Below, in pieces: positions 19,801 to 27,900 of a stretch of DNA of 64,000 nt. Made by a program: the position numbers and the translations under genes. Under the pieces are notes generated by a model, which saw only the letters and a list, made by a program, of their open reading frames with translations, ran no database searches and was not told where the DNA came from. The DNA comes from a virus (lineage: Duplodnaviria > Caudoviricetes). Position 1 is the stretch's first letter, and each line of letters opens with the position of its first letter. Location of the stretch: IMG/VR virus record IMGVR_UViG_3300047557_002530. The stretch is one strand, 5' to 3'.

Positions 19801-22800
19801 TGAAAGTTGTTAGTACAGCAAATACTTTACAATCATATGATTTCACAAATTCCAACATAGAAACATCTTATGGAGAATTTGAAGGGACTTATAATTCTAT
19901 TAAGAGATCATTTGATTTAAAACATAGACAAATACCAATCTTCCAAAGAGTATTTGATGCTTCAAATACAACAACGGTAAATGTTACAAACAATTCAGTA
20001 AGAATTCCAAAACATTTTTACGTAACTGGAGAAGAACTTATTTATAGCCAAGGTAATGGCAGTCCTATTGGCATTGCAACAACAACTATTACTGGAATTG
20101 GATCAACTGATTTATTGCCTTCATCAGTATTCGTAATTAAAGTAAATGATCTTGATATTAGATTGGCAGCAAGTGCGGAAAAGGCACTAAAAGCAATTCC
20201 AGAACCTCTTACAATTACCTCAGTTGGAATAGGAACAACACACTCATTCACTGCCAAAAAACAAAATACAAAATGTTTGGTAACCATTGACAACTTTATT
20301 CAATCTCCTATTGTCTCCACATCAACAACTACAACTCTAGCGAAAAATGTTGCCTTCAATGTAGTCGATTTAACTCTTTCGGGAATAACCTCTATTTTTG
20401 GTGGCGATTTACTGAAGATTAACGATGAGATAGTAAAGGTAAATACTGTTGGTTATGGATCAACCAATGCTTTATTGGTTGATCGAGGTTGGATGGGAAC
20501 AAATGCAGAGAATCACTCTATTGGGTCAACTGTTACTAAGATTACTGGTAACTATAATATCATTAATAACACAATTCACTTTGTAGAAGCACCATATGGA
20601 AATTCACCAATTGGAACTATAACAAATAGACCCGATGATAGGGATTACACCGGCATTACTACTCGTTCTACATTTGCAGGAAGAGTCTTTCTGAGATCAG
20701 GAATAGAAGATGATATAAATGAACCATATAGTAAGAATTATATTTTTGATGGATTATCAGAACAGTTTACTGGAATAAACACAGAATTTATTCTAAAATC
20801 TTCCAATACAAATATTACTGGAATTTCCACAGGCGGAATGGTTCTCTTGATAAACAATGTTTTCCAAGAACCACAGAGACTTGGAACCATTAATATTAAT
20901 GGAGATTATAAATTAAGAGAAAATGCGGGCATAACCACCTTAGCATTTACTGGAACTATATCGTCAACTGCGTATGATATTAATAATGCAAGTGTTCCCA
21001 GGGGAGGAGTTATTGTTTCAGTAGCATCTACTCAAGGATTTGGTTATCAACCATTAATTTCAGCAGGGGGAACTTCAATAGTTTCCGTTGCAGGTACTAT
21101 TTCTGCAATTAGTGTTGGATATTCTGGATCCGGTTATAGAGGACACGAAAATTATGAAATAATTGCGGAAACTTCTACAAATATTAGTTCAGGAAGCACA
21201 ATTATTCCAATAAACAACCAAAATGGAGTTCTCAACAAATTACAATATTCAACTTCAAATACAATAGGAATAGGATCAATATTCCAAAATGTTCCTATTG
21301 TGGGCGTTGGAAACACTTATATTTTGATTGGTTCAGCAAGTACTTCAAGTCAATCTATTGTCTCTGGAACTTCGGCATTAATAAGTCTGAATTCTCCGAC
21401 TGTTGGATTAGTCGATGTTGGTGTAAAAACTGCCAGCAATGGAATTTTAAATTATCAGTTTATTGGTTTCTCCACTATTTCGTCAGGGCGCATTTCGAAC
21501 AATATAACCATCACAAATCCAGGATCTGGTTATACGTCGTCAAATCCACCAATTGTCGTATTTGAATCTCCACGTAGTTATGATAATATTCCATTAATTT
21601 ACTCTCCAGGGTCTTCTGGAATTGGAACTCAGTCTACGGTCAATATTGTTGTTGGGCAGGGATCTAGTATAGTTGATTTTGAAATTAGAAACCTAGGTTA
21701 TGCATATAAAGTTTCTGAAGTTCTTACCGTTCCTACTGGAGGATTGACAGGAATTCCAACAGACTCTTCAAAACCATTTAGTAGATTTGAATTGACTATC
21801 GACCAAGTATTTGCAGATCTTTTCTCAGGATGGTCTGTTGGGGACTTCCAAGTTATTGATAAAATCGAAAACTTATTCAATGGCGTAAGAAGAAACTTCC
21901 CAATTAAAATAGATGGAGTACAAACATCAATTCGAGCAAGATTTGGTTCAAATATTGACGTACAATCCATATTATTAATATTCATCAATGATATTTTACA
22001 AGTTCCCGGATCTGGATATACTTTCACTGGAGGAAGTACATTTACTTTCTCAGAACCACCAAAAGAAGGGGATACTTGTAAGATATTATTCTATAAGGGA
22101 ACTGGATCGGTAGATGTTGTCTTTAATGATGTTTTAGAAACTATCAAATCTGGAGATACTGTGAGATTAAACAGTGATATTTTATCACAAAAAGAAGATG
22201 AAAGACTTGTTACCGATATCGTTTCTTCTGATATTGTTCAAACCAATCCATATAATGGATATGGATTGTCAATTGACGAAACTCTTTCTAGGCCTTTGAT
22301 CTGGTGTAGGCAAACTGAAGATAAAATTATTAGTGGTCAAGAAATAGGAAAAAATAGAGAAATATATGAACCTCTTATTCAACCAACAACTAACATAATT
22401 AACAATGTAGGAACTGCATCTACTGAAATTTTTGTTGAAAGCGTAAAGATTTTCTTTGATGACAATAGAGAAAATTCAACAACTCCATTCAAAACAAAAA
22501 TTTTAATAACATCTCAAGATGTTATAGTTGGTGCCTCGGCAACTGCAGTAGTTTCTACAGCAGGAACTATTTCCTTATTGAGTCTTATTAATGGTGGATC
22601 AGGATTTACAACTAATCCAATAGTTGTTATTGGAACTCCCGTAGGTGTTGGATCAACTTCTACTGCAACAGCATCCATAACCTCAGGAATTGTAACTTCT
22701 CTGACGATTACATCTCCAGGATTTGGATATACAACCAAAACTCCCCCACAAGTTCTGATTCAATATCCATCTCTTAAATCAGAAAGAATTGAAGATGTTT

Positions 22801-23354
22801 CATATGAAGGAGACTTTGGAATAATTGTCGGAGTTTCTACGACTTCAGTTGGAGTTGCAACAACTGGAATTATATTTGATTTGTTTATTCCAACAGATTC
22901 TTATTTAAGAAATACTAATATTACTGTTGGGGTTGCAACAACTGGAATTAGCGGAATAAAAACTGATTATTACTTTAGCGTATTTAATTCCAATATTGGT
23001 TTTGGAATAACTTCACTAGATTCTACCAATTCAATTGTTGGTGTTGGAACAACTTGTCTTGATAACGTATATAAAGTTGCTTCAGTTTCTATAGCACAAA
23101 CAAGTGTTCCAGGAGTTGGATTAACTAATGTTTCAAGAGTTATTGTTAAGGTCTCAAATTATAATGGATTAGCTGGAATGGGTTACAGTAGTTTCTACGG
23201 ACAATTTAGTTGGGGTAAGATAAACACTCCAACCAGAAAGAAACCTTTGAGTTTCAATTCTTATAATACTAATGGTATTTCTGGATTGTCTACTGGCGCA
23301 GTAATTCAAAGAATTAATCCTCTGAGATATGTTGGTTATTCCACAACCGTTTAA
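10869..23354 (+). CDS. gp7: giant baseplate wedge initiator gp7-like protein (4161 aa) with YHYH-like segments
   Basis: Lies between gp6 and gp8. N-terminus IVQNQLPDFV.EEYPL..EFL..YY and F.K.AKDFY.SKGT..S; internal HSPIIGWAYDGNPIYGPYGY and DLDEHNGRF..TPEFPNG.YAYF; many Ser/Thr/Gly-rich beta modules. Confidence 0.8.
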   Translation: MSNTRVKIGSIVQNQLPDFVQEEYPLVGEFLKEYYNSLEGKGGTLDVLQNIDQYLKLENLTETLFSRTVTAKPTSPQSYFAVSGGFSIEDLIVYKNGTKLTKNIDYITVQSTAVSLAQPAVNGDIIEFVVQSPSSTFLTSNADFIDSTINVASTYGFPETNGIIRIDSEIILYGGKTNTSFTNCTRGFSGITSYRSENQPEQLVFSTSEISTHSSNSRVENLSSLLLREFLTKLKKQLIPGFENRQFTDGLNEKIFIKQAKDFYSSKGTDDSYKVIFKALFGESVNVLKPRDFLLKPSDAKYRITRDLVVESISGDPTSMVNRTIYQDADSSFDKAYGTVTNVEKIQRANKTYYVLSLDSDYNKDLTVEGTVFGDFTIHASTKLTTKVPINSQVLDVDSTIGFPLSGTIVYNVNGAEYTSNYFNSNLTQFILTGETSVEIPKGTDIKINAFAYSKVGDETVKVRVTGVLSDVSYDKDTYLMSKGDPLKTVTLGYKGSNELSNNWIFNLANKFNIQEIKGPNSSNPTLNVFSYEFITYDPHTFYLGDTLNLISSDGNSFTYKVVRVNNDRSISVEGPRITNLNLKYIAERTIVKPKFSNFSSVNQYTANVQNVYVRNQEDVYVTANSLPNYLDESIELKTTDIVFSGIFNGETLDLSSGNPNNYHGLYTGDSITYVDPFNTANSLGILAKIYYVEKIDDLKIKLSNSRSNLFNKKYVSISGPVTVTNNIFRKTSLQFLEFSPQSYIKNITTPLPANNEDNTETPSGPIGIFLNGVEAFGYKSEDKVYYGGIQQINVLDGGVDYDVITPPEISIYDSKGSNAKAYVHVEGSLDRIDVLDGGFDYLEDPIITISGGNGVGAIAKPNFTNVRHRVSFNAIESAGFVNLSTNTIGFSSYHKFRDYEKVSYLTEGQTSVGGITTNAQYYVNVQNTYDVKLHKTLNDAVSGINTVDLTSYGVGIHILESFTSKRIISSFSVLDSGSGYSNKKISCSSSGINTASNTVNIINHGYKTGEIVKYTSTGSAIGGLSNNESYYVVKVNDNQFKLSQVGIATTNKDFYLKTNQTVNLTSIGSSSHIFNYPEIIVSVKGKIGVSTLTGQDFNAKVQPVFRGSINKVFVYDTGVGYGSSEIINYERQPTVVLGIGSQAQLSPIVNNGQIKQVLVLNGGSNYTSSPTINVIGIGTAAILTPIISNGKIVEVKVVNGGVGFSTIGTSLEVISAGRNFKSECKIKPWIINKIEKNLNSNRITDDDGLIDKSSYTNNGLQYCHVYAPRKLRRTVFGIDYVNGRKVFIPDLNISGNREVNSTVHSPIIGWAYDGNPIYGPYGYSSPSGGTVREMVSGYISQVSSDRPDPISSSGQKIYPEGFFVDDYQFNNSGDLDEHNGRFCVTPEFPNGIYAYFATINNGSTETSGIFKNYKKPTFPYLIGNTFKSTPNQFNYNRELTDQKTFPFETSNLLRNTKPYNLTSGNSQYDFVFNPLKVKEPAVKVKSILLSGLDDIGITTGGNGYKIGDKVIFNNTNTSGSDAYVEVSYLKGKEINSISFASTFAQNVEFYPLNSTGKFIGFCSNPHSLVNKDIISISGLNTSVSSFNEFFQVGVRSDTLALSGPVGNSTATGIITYFNVSGSLEFPNIRENDVYHIENEKVKILSIDKLSSRVKVLRSYESTSGSAHTASTVLYEKTRKFTFDNSKGVNINYNLNREIYFNPSESVSLGTSTGVGAGSTLYFSNPGAGITIVFVPTKTIYLPSHKLETGEELTYTSNGGSPLFVSDDGVSSFQLSDNQSVYVAKVSDDLIGISTNKVGLGSTGSFVGIDSSITTSTLFFTNLGSGVNHSFKTNYSNVLTGEFVRNTVTVSTASTHGLKPDDLVYLDVLPGITTTVVVKYNDKNRRLVINPKSFAASDVSITNNTITIPNHEYATGEKVIYNATVAIGGLTNDDIYYIVRFNKDTIKLASSYYNATKDIPEIIDFTSASSGTLSLINPRIFAISNQTIRFDLSDSSLSYTKGSLSYPAFDFKLYTNSDFTEEFSKTTNSTKFDVIKTGRIGVTSTSSITLTTENLDFDLYYNLVPVDLTDNFVSKKEIIVDDDNVNSNNRLILSQSSYYGFHNIVGVGQTTFTFNILNNPESSSYTSSDGNFQYYTDSKNTTGEIKSVEIKSPGRFYNTSPGITSVFSTNGRGAILDPITVSIGKVNRVEIDDIGFDYPADVTLRPTSKLPQILKVNPLSIFKSVGVSSVGIDYSISPDLVVIDSFTNQVVSDADLKYDINSKTVEIVKNTEGIYNTKPTIIPINNSNGIPIKNITFNSTNKNVTVELDVNYSFGQIFPFNVGDKVLIENANVGTASTAKGYSSKNYNYALFTLTSANPQYGGSGANIVYNLSNYLSSSESPGTFDSENSAAIVVPEKYFPIFNPVLEKYKFFKGEKAVSGSSSGIVLNWNEYTEELKLSSGDTFEVNSIIQGETSKAKGSIRTVDDFDAVYNVGASSIVKKGWNSESGFLNNQFQVTSDNNYYQNFSYSIKSKVDYETWNESIGNLNHTTGFKKFSDLVIESIDSAFVGISTSQNDGDFSGLADLITEIDLNCTNDFDLAREKTLSIDSDYYSKEIILNSISLQDEFQSIGNRVLTIDDISEQFSNVPSEQNYSNVDSFRLSDFRSKKYITYVRDKRFTGLRQIYLVSLMHDGLEGYLNQYARSETSVDLGSFDFSIFGSEGTLEFYPLSYLYSNYDISVISYGIRDTSSGIGSTSFGSLIDVRSSTATVPAGTTTQTNIVGIGSTYLASKVLVQFSSTNGTYFQFDEITLLNDGTDVSILEYGRLSNSSRVRYVGEGIGTYTAYISGSNVNLDFTPNVGLGTTYVINTLRVSVASTNVGISTSSLSFDNCEVRSGYVSISSSPTPTQIGITTYSKEYGSAYYIAVVKDSTNNQYQVSELVVVDDETEAYVSEFGVVETSSGLGTFGVGVSSITGTTLTFTPNPNISAEVKIYQNSMKVVSTANTLQSYDFTNSNIETSYGEFEGTYNSIKRSFDLKHRQIPIFQRVFDASNTTTVNVTNNSVRIPKHFYVTGEELIYSQGNGSPIGIATTTITGIGSTDLLPSSVFVIKVNDLDIRLAASAEKALKAIPEPLTITSVGIGTTHSFTAKKQNTKCLVTIDNFIQSPIVSTSTTTTLAKNVAFNVVDLTLSGITSIFGGDLLKINDEIVKVNTVGYGSTNALLVDRGWMGTNAENHSIGSTVTKITGNYNIINNTIHFVEAPYGNSPIGTITNRPDDRDYTGITTRSTFAGRVFLRSGIEDDINEPYSKNYIFDGLSEQFTGINTEFILKSSNTNITGISTGGMVLLINNVFQEPQRLGTININGDYKLRENAGITTLAFTGTISSTAYDINNASVPRGGVIVSVASTQGFGYQPLISAGGTSIVSVAGTISAISVGYSGSGYRGHENYEIIAETSTNISSGSTIIPINNQNGVLNKLQYSTSNTIGIGSIFQNVPIVGVGNTYILIGSASTSSQSIVSGTSALISLNSPTVGLVDVGVKTASNGILNYQFIGFSTISSGRISNNITITNPGSGYTSSNPPIVVFESPRSYDNIPLIYSPGSSGIGTQSTVNIVVGQGSSIVDFEIRNLGYAYKVSEVLTVPTGGLTGIPTDSSKPFSRFELTIDQVFADLFSGWSVGDFQVIDKIENLFNGVRRNFPIKIDGVQTSIRARFGSNIDVQSILLIFINDILQVPGSGYTFTGGSTFTFSEPPKEGDTCKILFYKGTGSVDVVFNDVLETIKSGDTVRLNSDILSQKEDERLVTDIVSSDIVQTNPYNGYGLSIDETLSRPLIWCRQTEDKIISGQEIGKNREIYEPLIQPTTNIINNVGTASTEIFVESVKIFFDDNRENSTTPFKTKILITSQDVIVGASATAVVSTAGTISLLSLINGGSGFTTNPIVVIGTPVGVGSTSTATASITSGIVTSLTITSPGFGYTTKTPPQVLIQYPSLKSERIEDVSYEGDFGIIVGVSTTSVGVATTGIIFDLFIPTDSYLRNTNITVGVATTGISGIKTDYYFSVFNSNIGFGITSLDSTNSIVGVGTTCLDNVYKVASVSIAQTSVPGVGLTNVSRVIVKVSNYNGLAGMGYSSFYGQFSWGKINTPTRKKPLSFNSYNTNGISGLSTGAVIQRINPLRYVGYSTTV

Positions 23355-23362
23355 ATAATAAC

Positions 23363-23370
23363 TATAAATA
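23363..23370 (+). promoter_or_regulatory. late promoter
   Basis: TATAAATA upstream of gp8. Confidence 0.65.
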
Positions 23371-23387
23371 GATAAAAAACGACAAAA

Positions 23388-24944
23388 ATGTCTGCGATTA
23401 TAACTGATCAACTTAGAATATTAAACGCTAAAAACTTTGTTGCGGCGGCGACTTCAAGTTCCAATAGTTATTATACTTTTGTTGGATTACCCAATGCATC
23501 AAATTATGATGCAAACTGGGATTCACTACCGCCTGCACCAAAAGATAATTTTGATCAGGAAAATGATTATTGGGATACCATGATCGCTTTGAAAAAAATT
23601 ACAAGCGGTGATGTAAGACAAGTGGTTAGAAAAATTACTTGGACTTCGGGAACTGTTTATGACATGTATAGACATGACATCAGTAGAACTAGTTTATCTG
23701 TTCCATCCAATTCGACTAGTTTGTATTCTGCAAACTTTTATGTCGTAAACAGTGATTATAGAGTTTACATTTGTTTGTACAATGGAGTTAATCCTGAGAA
23801 TCCAACGGGAAACCCCTCTCTAGATGAGCCAACATTTACTGATTTAGAACCAAGAGCAGCAGGTGATAGCGAAGATGGTTACATATGGAAATATCTTTAC
23901 ACTATAAAACCAAATGAACTAGTCAAATTCGAATCGACCAATTTTATTCCAGTTCCTTCAGATTGGGAAACCAATTCTGATTATGCCTCAGTTAGAAATA
24001 ATGCTTTAAATAGCGGACAAATTAAAATCGCTCAAGTTTTAAGTAGAGGTGTTGGCATAGGAACTGCAAACAGAGTTTATACCAACGTTCCAATTTATGG
24101 GGATGGTGTTGGAGCTAGATGTACGATTGTTATTAATAGTGATTCTAAAGTAGAGTCTGCCATCATCACAAATGGAGGTTCTGGATATAGTTATGGTACG
24201 GTGGATTTAGTTGCAGGTGGAGTTCCAACTGGTACAACTACCCCCTCATTTAAAGTCATCATTCCTCCACAAAACGGGCACGGATATGATATTTACAGAG
24301 AACTTGGTGCATATAGAGTATTAGTTTACTCAAGAATTGAAAATGATACTGAAGATCCAGATTTTATTGTAGGTAATCAAATAGCAAGAGTTGGTATTGT
24401 AGAAAATCCTTTAGCGTATGATTCCGATTCTACATTAGTAAAAAATAAAGCAAGTGCATTATCCGCACTAAAACTAGTTGGAACAGGATATAGTACTGCC
24501 AATTTTGTAGCAGATTCTTACATTACTCAAACAGTTGGACTTGGATCAACTGCAATAGGTAGAGTCGTATCTTACGATAAAAATACTGGAGTTTTGAAAT
24601 ACTGGCAAGATAGAACAGTAGTTGGATTTAATAGTGATGGAACAACAAATTCAACTCCTCTGTATGGGTTTAATTTAAATCGATTTACTGCCACTCCAGA
24701 TACTGGAGGATCCATAACTATTTCTGCCTCAGGTATAAGTGGATTGGGTATTGATACATCTTTTACTGGTGTATCTACCACAATAAATAATAGAAGATAT
24801 TATTTGGGGCAAACCTTTGTCAATGGAGTGTCAAATCCAGAAGTAGAAAAATATTCTGGAAACATAATATATGTTGATAATAGACCTTCAATAACTAGAT
24901 CATCAAATCAAAAAGAAGATATCAAAGTCATTTTGCAGTTCTAA
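23388..24944 (+). CDS. gp8: baseplate wedge subunit gp8
   Basis: MSAIITDQLRILNAKNF, WDTMIALKKI, VYICLYNG, DGYIWKYLYTI, IYVDNRPSITRS.NQKEDIKVILQF. Confidence 0.92.
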   Translation: MSAIITDQLRILNAKNFVAAATSSSNSYYTFVGLPNASNYDANWDSLPPAPKDNFDQENDYWDTMIALKKITSGDVRQVVRKITWTSGTVYDMYRHDISRTSLSVPSNSTSLYSANFYVVNSDYRVYICLYNGVNPENPTGNPSLDEPTFTDLEPRAAGDSEDGYIWKYLYTIKPNELVKFESTNFIPVPSDWETNSDYASVRNNALNSGQIKIAQVLSRGVGIGTANRVYTNVPIYGDGVGARCTIVINSDSKVESAIITNGGSGYSYGTVDLVAGGVPTGTTTPSFKVIIPPQNGHGYDIYRELGAYRVLVYSRIENDTEDPDFIVGNQIARVGIVENPLAYDSDSTLVKNKASALSALKLVGTGYSTANFVADSYITQTVGLGSTAIGRVVSYDKNTGVLKYWQDRTVVGFNSDGTTNSTPLYGFNLNRFTATPDTGGSITISASGISGLGIDTSFTGVSTTINNRRYYLGQTFVNGVSNPEVEKYSGNIIYVDNRPSITRSSNQKEDIKVILQF

Positions 24945-24950
24945 AGAATT

Positions 24951-27900
24951 ATGCCACAGCAAACTAACCTAAATGTATCCCCATACTTTGACGACTTTGA
25001 TAGGGAAGACCAATACTATCGCGTCTTATTTAAACCAGGTTATCCGATTCAAGCAAGAGAGCTCACAACTCTCCAATCAATGCTTCAAAGTCAAATTGAA
25101 CAAGTTGGCGATCACTTTTTCAAGGAAGGTTCTGTTGTAATACCCGGAAATATTAATTATATTGATAATTATTATGCGGTAGAATTACAAGAAAGCTATC
25201 TCGGAGTTAATATTTTATCATATTTGCCATATCTAATTGGAAAGACAATTAGAGGTGCTAGCAGTGGGGTTAGGGCTTCAGTTGTAGGTGTTTTGAGCTC
25301 TGAAGATTCTGAAAGGGGCAATAATACAATCTATGTAAACTTCTTAAACTCTGATGTAGCTTCAAATAGTTATCAAGGATTTTCTTCAAATGAAGTTTTG
25401 CTCGTTGAAAGTGGCGTATCGGAGCAAAATACATTAGATATAGAAAGAAATACTATTATTCAAGCAAATGAGGGGTTTGCTGCGACAATTTCATCAAACC
25501 CAAATTCAATTGGTTCTGCGGTTAGTTTGTCGGAAGGAGTATATTATCTAAGAGGTCATTTTGTAACTGTAGACGAGCAGACAATAATTCTAGACCAGTA
25601 TTCAAATAATCCAAGTTATAGGGTTGGATTAGATGTTTTTGAGGTAATAGAAACTCCAGATGATAATATAGATTTAAATGATAATGCTCAGGGATTTTCT
25701 AACTATGCAGCTCCTGGGGCAGATAGACTTTCTATAGTTGCAATTTTAACTAAAATTCCAGTTAATGATCCAAATCCAGTAGCAACTCCTAACTTCGTAC
25801 AATTATTAGAAGTTAGAAATGGTATTCTTCAAAGGCAAATTAATAATCCAGACTATAATGTAATTGAAAAAGAACTAGCAAGAAGAACATATGATGAGTC
25901 TGGAAACTATTATGTAAAATCTCCATCCGTTTCTGTAAAAGAAACTCTAGATGATTTAAAAGGAAATGGTGGCGTCTTTAAAGAAAATCAGTTAACATAC
26001 AACAACAATAAAGCATCGGATGATTTAGCTACATACACAATTTCTCCACTTAAAGCTTTTGTAAGTGGTTATGAAATAGATGTTGTAGGGACTACTTATC
26101 TTGATTTTGAAAAACCAAGAACAACAAAGTTATTGGAAGATCAGAGCATAAACTATGTTACTGGACCAACATATACACTTAATAGAGTTTATGGATCTCC
26201 AGCGTTAGGCATTTCAACTTCATATTCTCTAAGTTTGAGAAATTCTAGAGTTGGATCTAACTCTATTTCTTCTCCAGGAAAAGAAATTGGTCTTGCTAGA
26301 GTATATGATTTTGCTTTAGAATCAGGATCATATAATACATCAACCCCAAATGCAAATGAGTGGGATATTGCCTTATATGATATTCAAACATATACAGAAA
26401 TATCGTTAAATGAACCTATTACATTAACAACTCCAACTTATATCAAAGGAAAATCAAGTGGAGCTGTAGGTTTCTTAAGATATAATGCATCAAATTCGGG
26501 AATTATTACCGCATATAATACTAAAGGAACCTTTGTAATTGGTGAGAAATTTATTTTTGATGGCATAGAAAATACACGAGTTTCTACAGCAGTAACTGCA
26601 TATTCAACTAGTGATGTAAAATCTCTTTATGGCATAGTTGGTAGTGCTTCCACTTTTACAGCAGATGTTAAGCAGTCAACATTGGCAAATGTTGGTCAAG
26701 TTCAAATTACTGCAACTGGTGGCGGAATAAGTACAGTAACTTCAGCAGACTTTATTTTTACAGGAATTGCCACTGTAGGAAATATTGTTGCTTTTTCAAA
26801 TCCAGGATTATCTGCAAATACTTTTGCAAAGATAGAAACAGTATCTCAAAGTGCAATCACCATCTCTGGAATTACAACAGTAATTGGAGTTTGTGATGGT
26901 GGTTTACCAACAACAACTATCAATCCAAGTGATTTTAGAATCCTATTCTCAAACTTCCAATCATCTGTAGATAATACATTATACACTACCCTACCAAAAA
27001 GAAATATTGCATCGGTAGATCTAACTAATTCTGCATTAACTGTAAGAAAGCAATATAATGTAACTATATCTACAAATTCCACAAATACTATAATTGCAGA
27101 ATCTGATGAGACATTCCTACCATATGATGAAGAAAGATATGTTCTCATTACAGATAACGGAACTACCGAAAGTTTAAGTTCTGATAAGTTAGTATTCTCT
27201 AGTGGCGGAAGAGAAATAACAATAAATGGATTGTCAACTTCCTCGGGTACTGGAAAACTAATTGCAACTCTAAGAAAAGTTGATATTGATTCTAAAGTAA
27301 AAAATAAAAATAGAATTCAATCAGTAATAGTTGACAAATCAAAATATCAATATTCTGGAACAGGAACAACAACTAATAATGATGGTTTGACATATGGAAC
27401 TTATCCATATGGAACCAGAGTTCAAGATGAGGAAATCTGTTTACTGCAACCAGACGTAACGGTACTGTATGGAATCTACGAATCTAATGATACTTCTGAT
27501 GCAGAATTACCAAGTTTAACTCTAACAACTATTAATGGACCAACAGCAAAAACTGATGATTTATTGATTGGAGAAGAGTTTGTAGGATCACTTAGTGGTG
27601 CAGTCGGCGTATATGCAGAGAGACTAAATGCATTGCAAGTTTCTTACGTTGCAAGGAATTCTAATAAATTCCAAGTCAATGAAGTTGTAACTTTCAAAGA
27701 ATCCGGAATTACCGCAACCATTACCGCAGTTAATGGTGGGGATAATAATATTATTTCTAACTATATCTTTGATAACGGACAAAGAGAAACAATTTATGAT
27801 TATGCAAGAATTATTAGAAAGGCATCCGCAAAGGAACCAACAAGAAAACTAAAAATAATTTTCGAATCAGCAAGTTTCTCCTCATCAGATAGTGGAGATT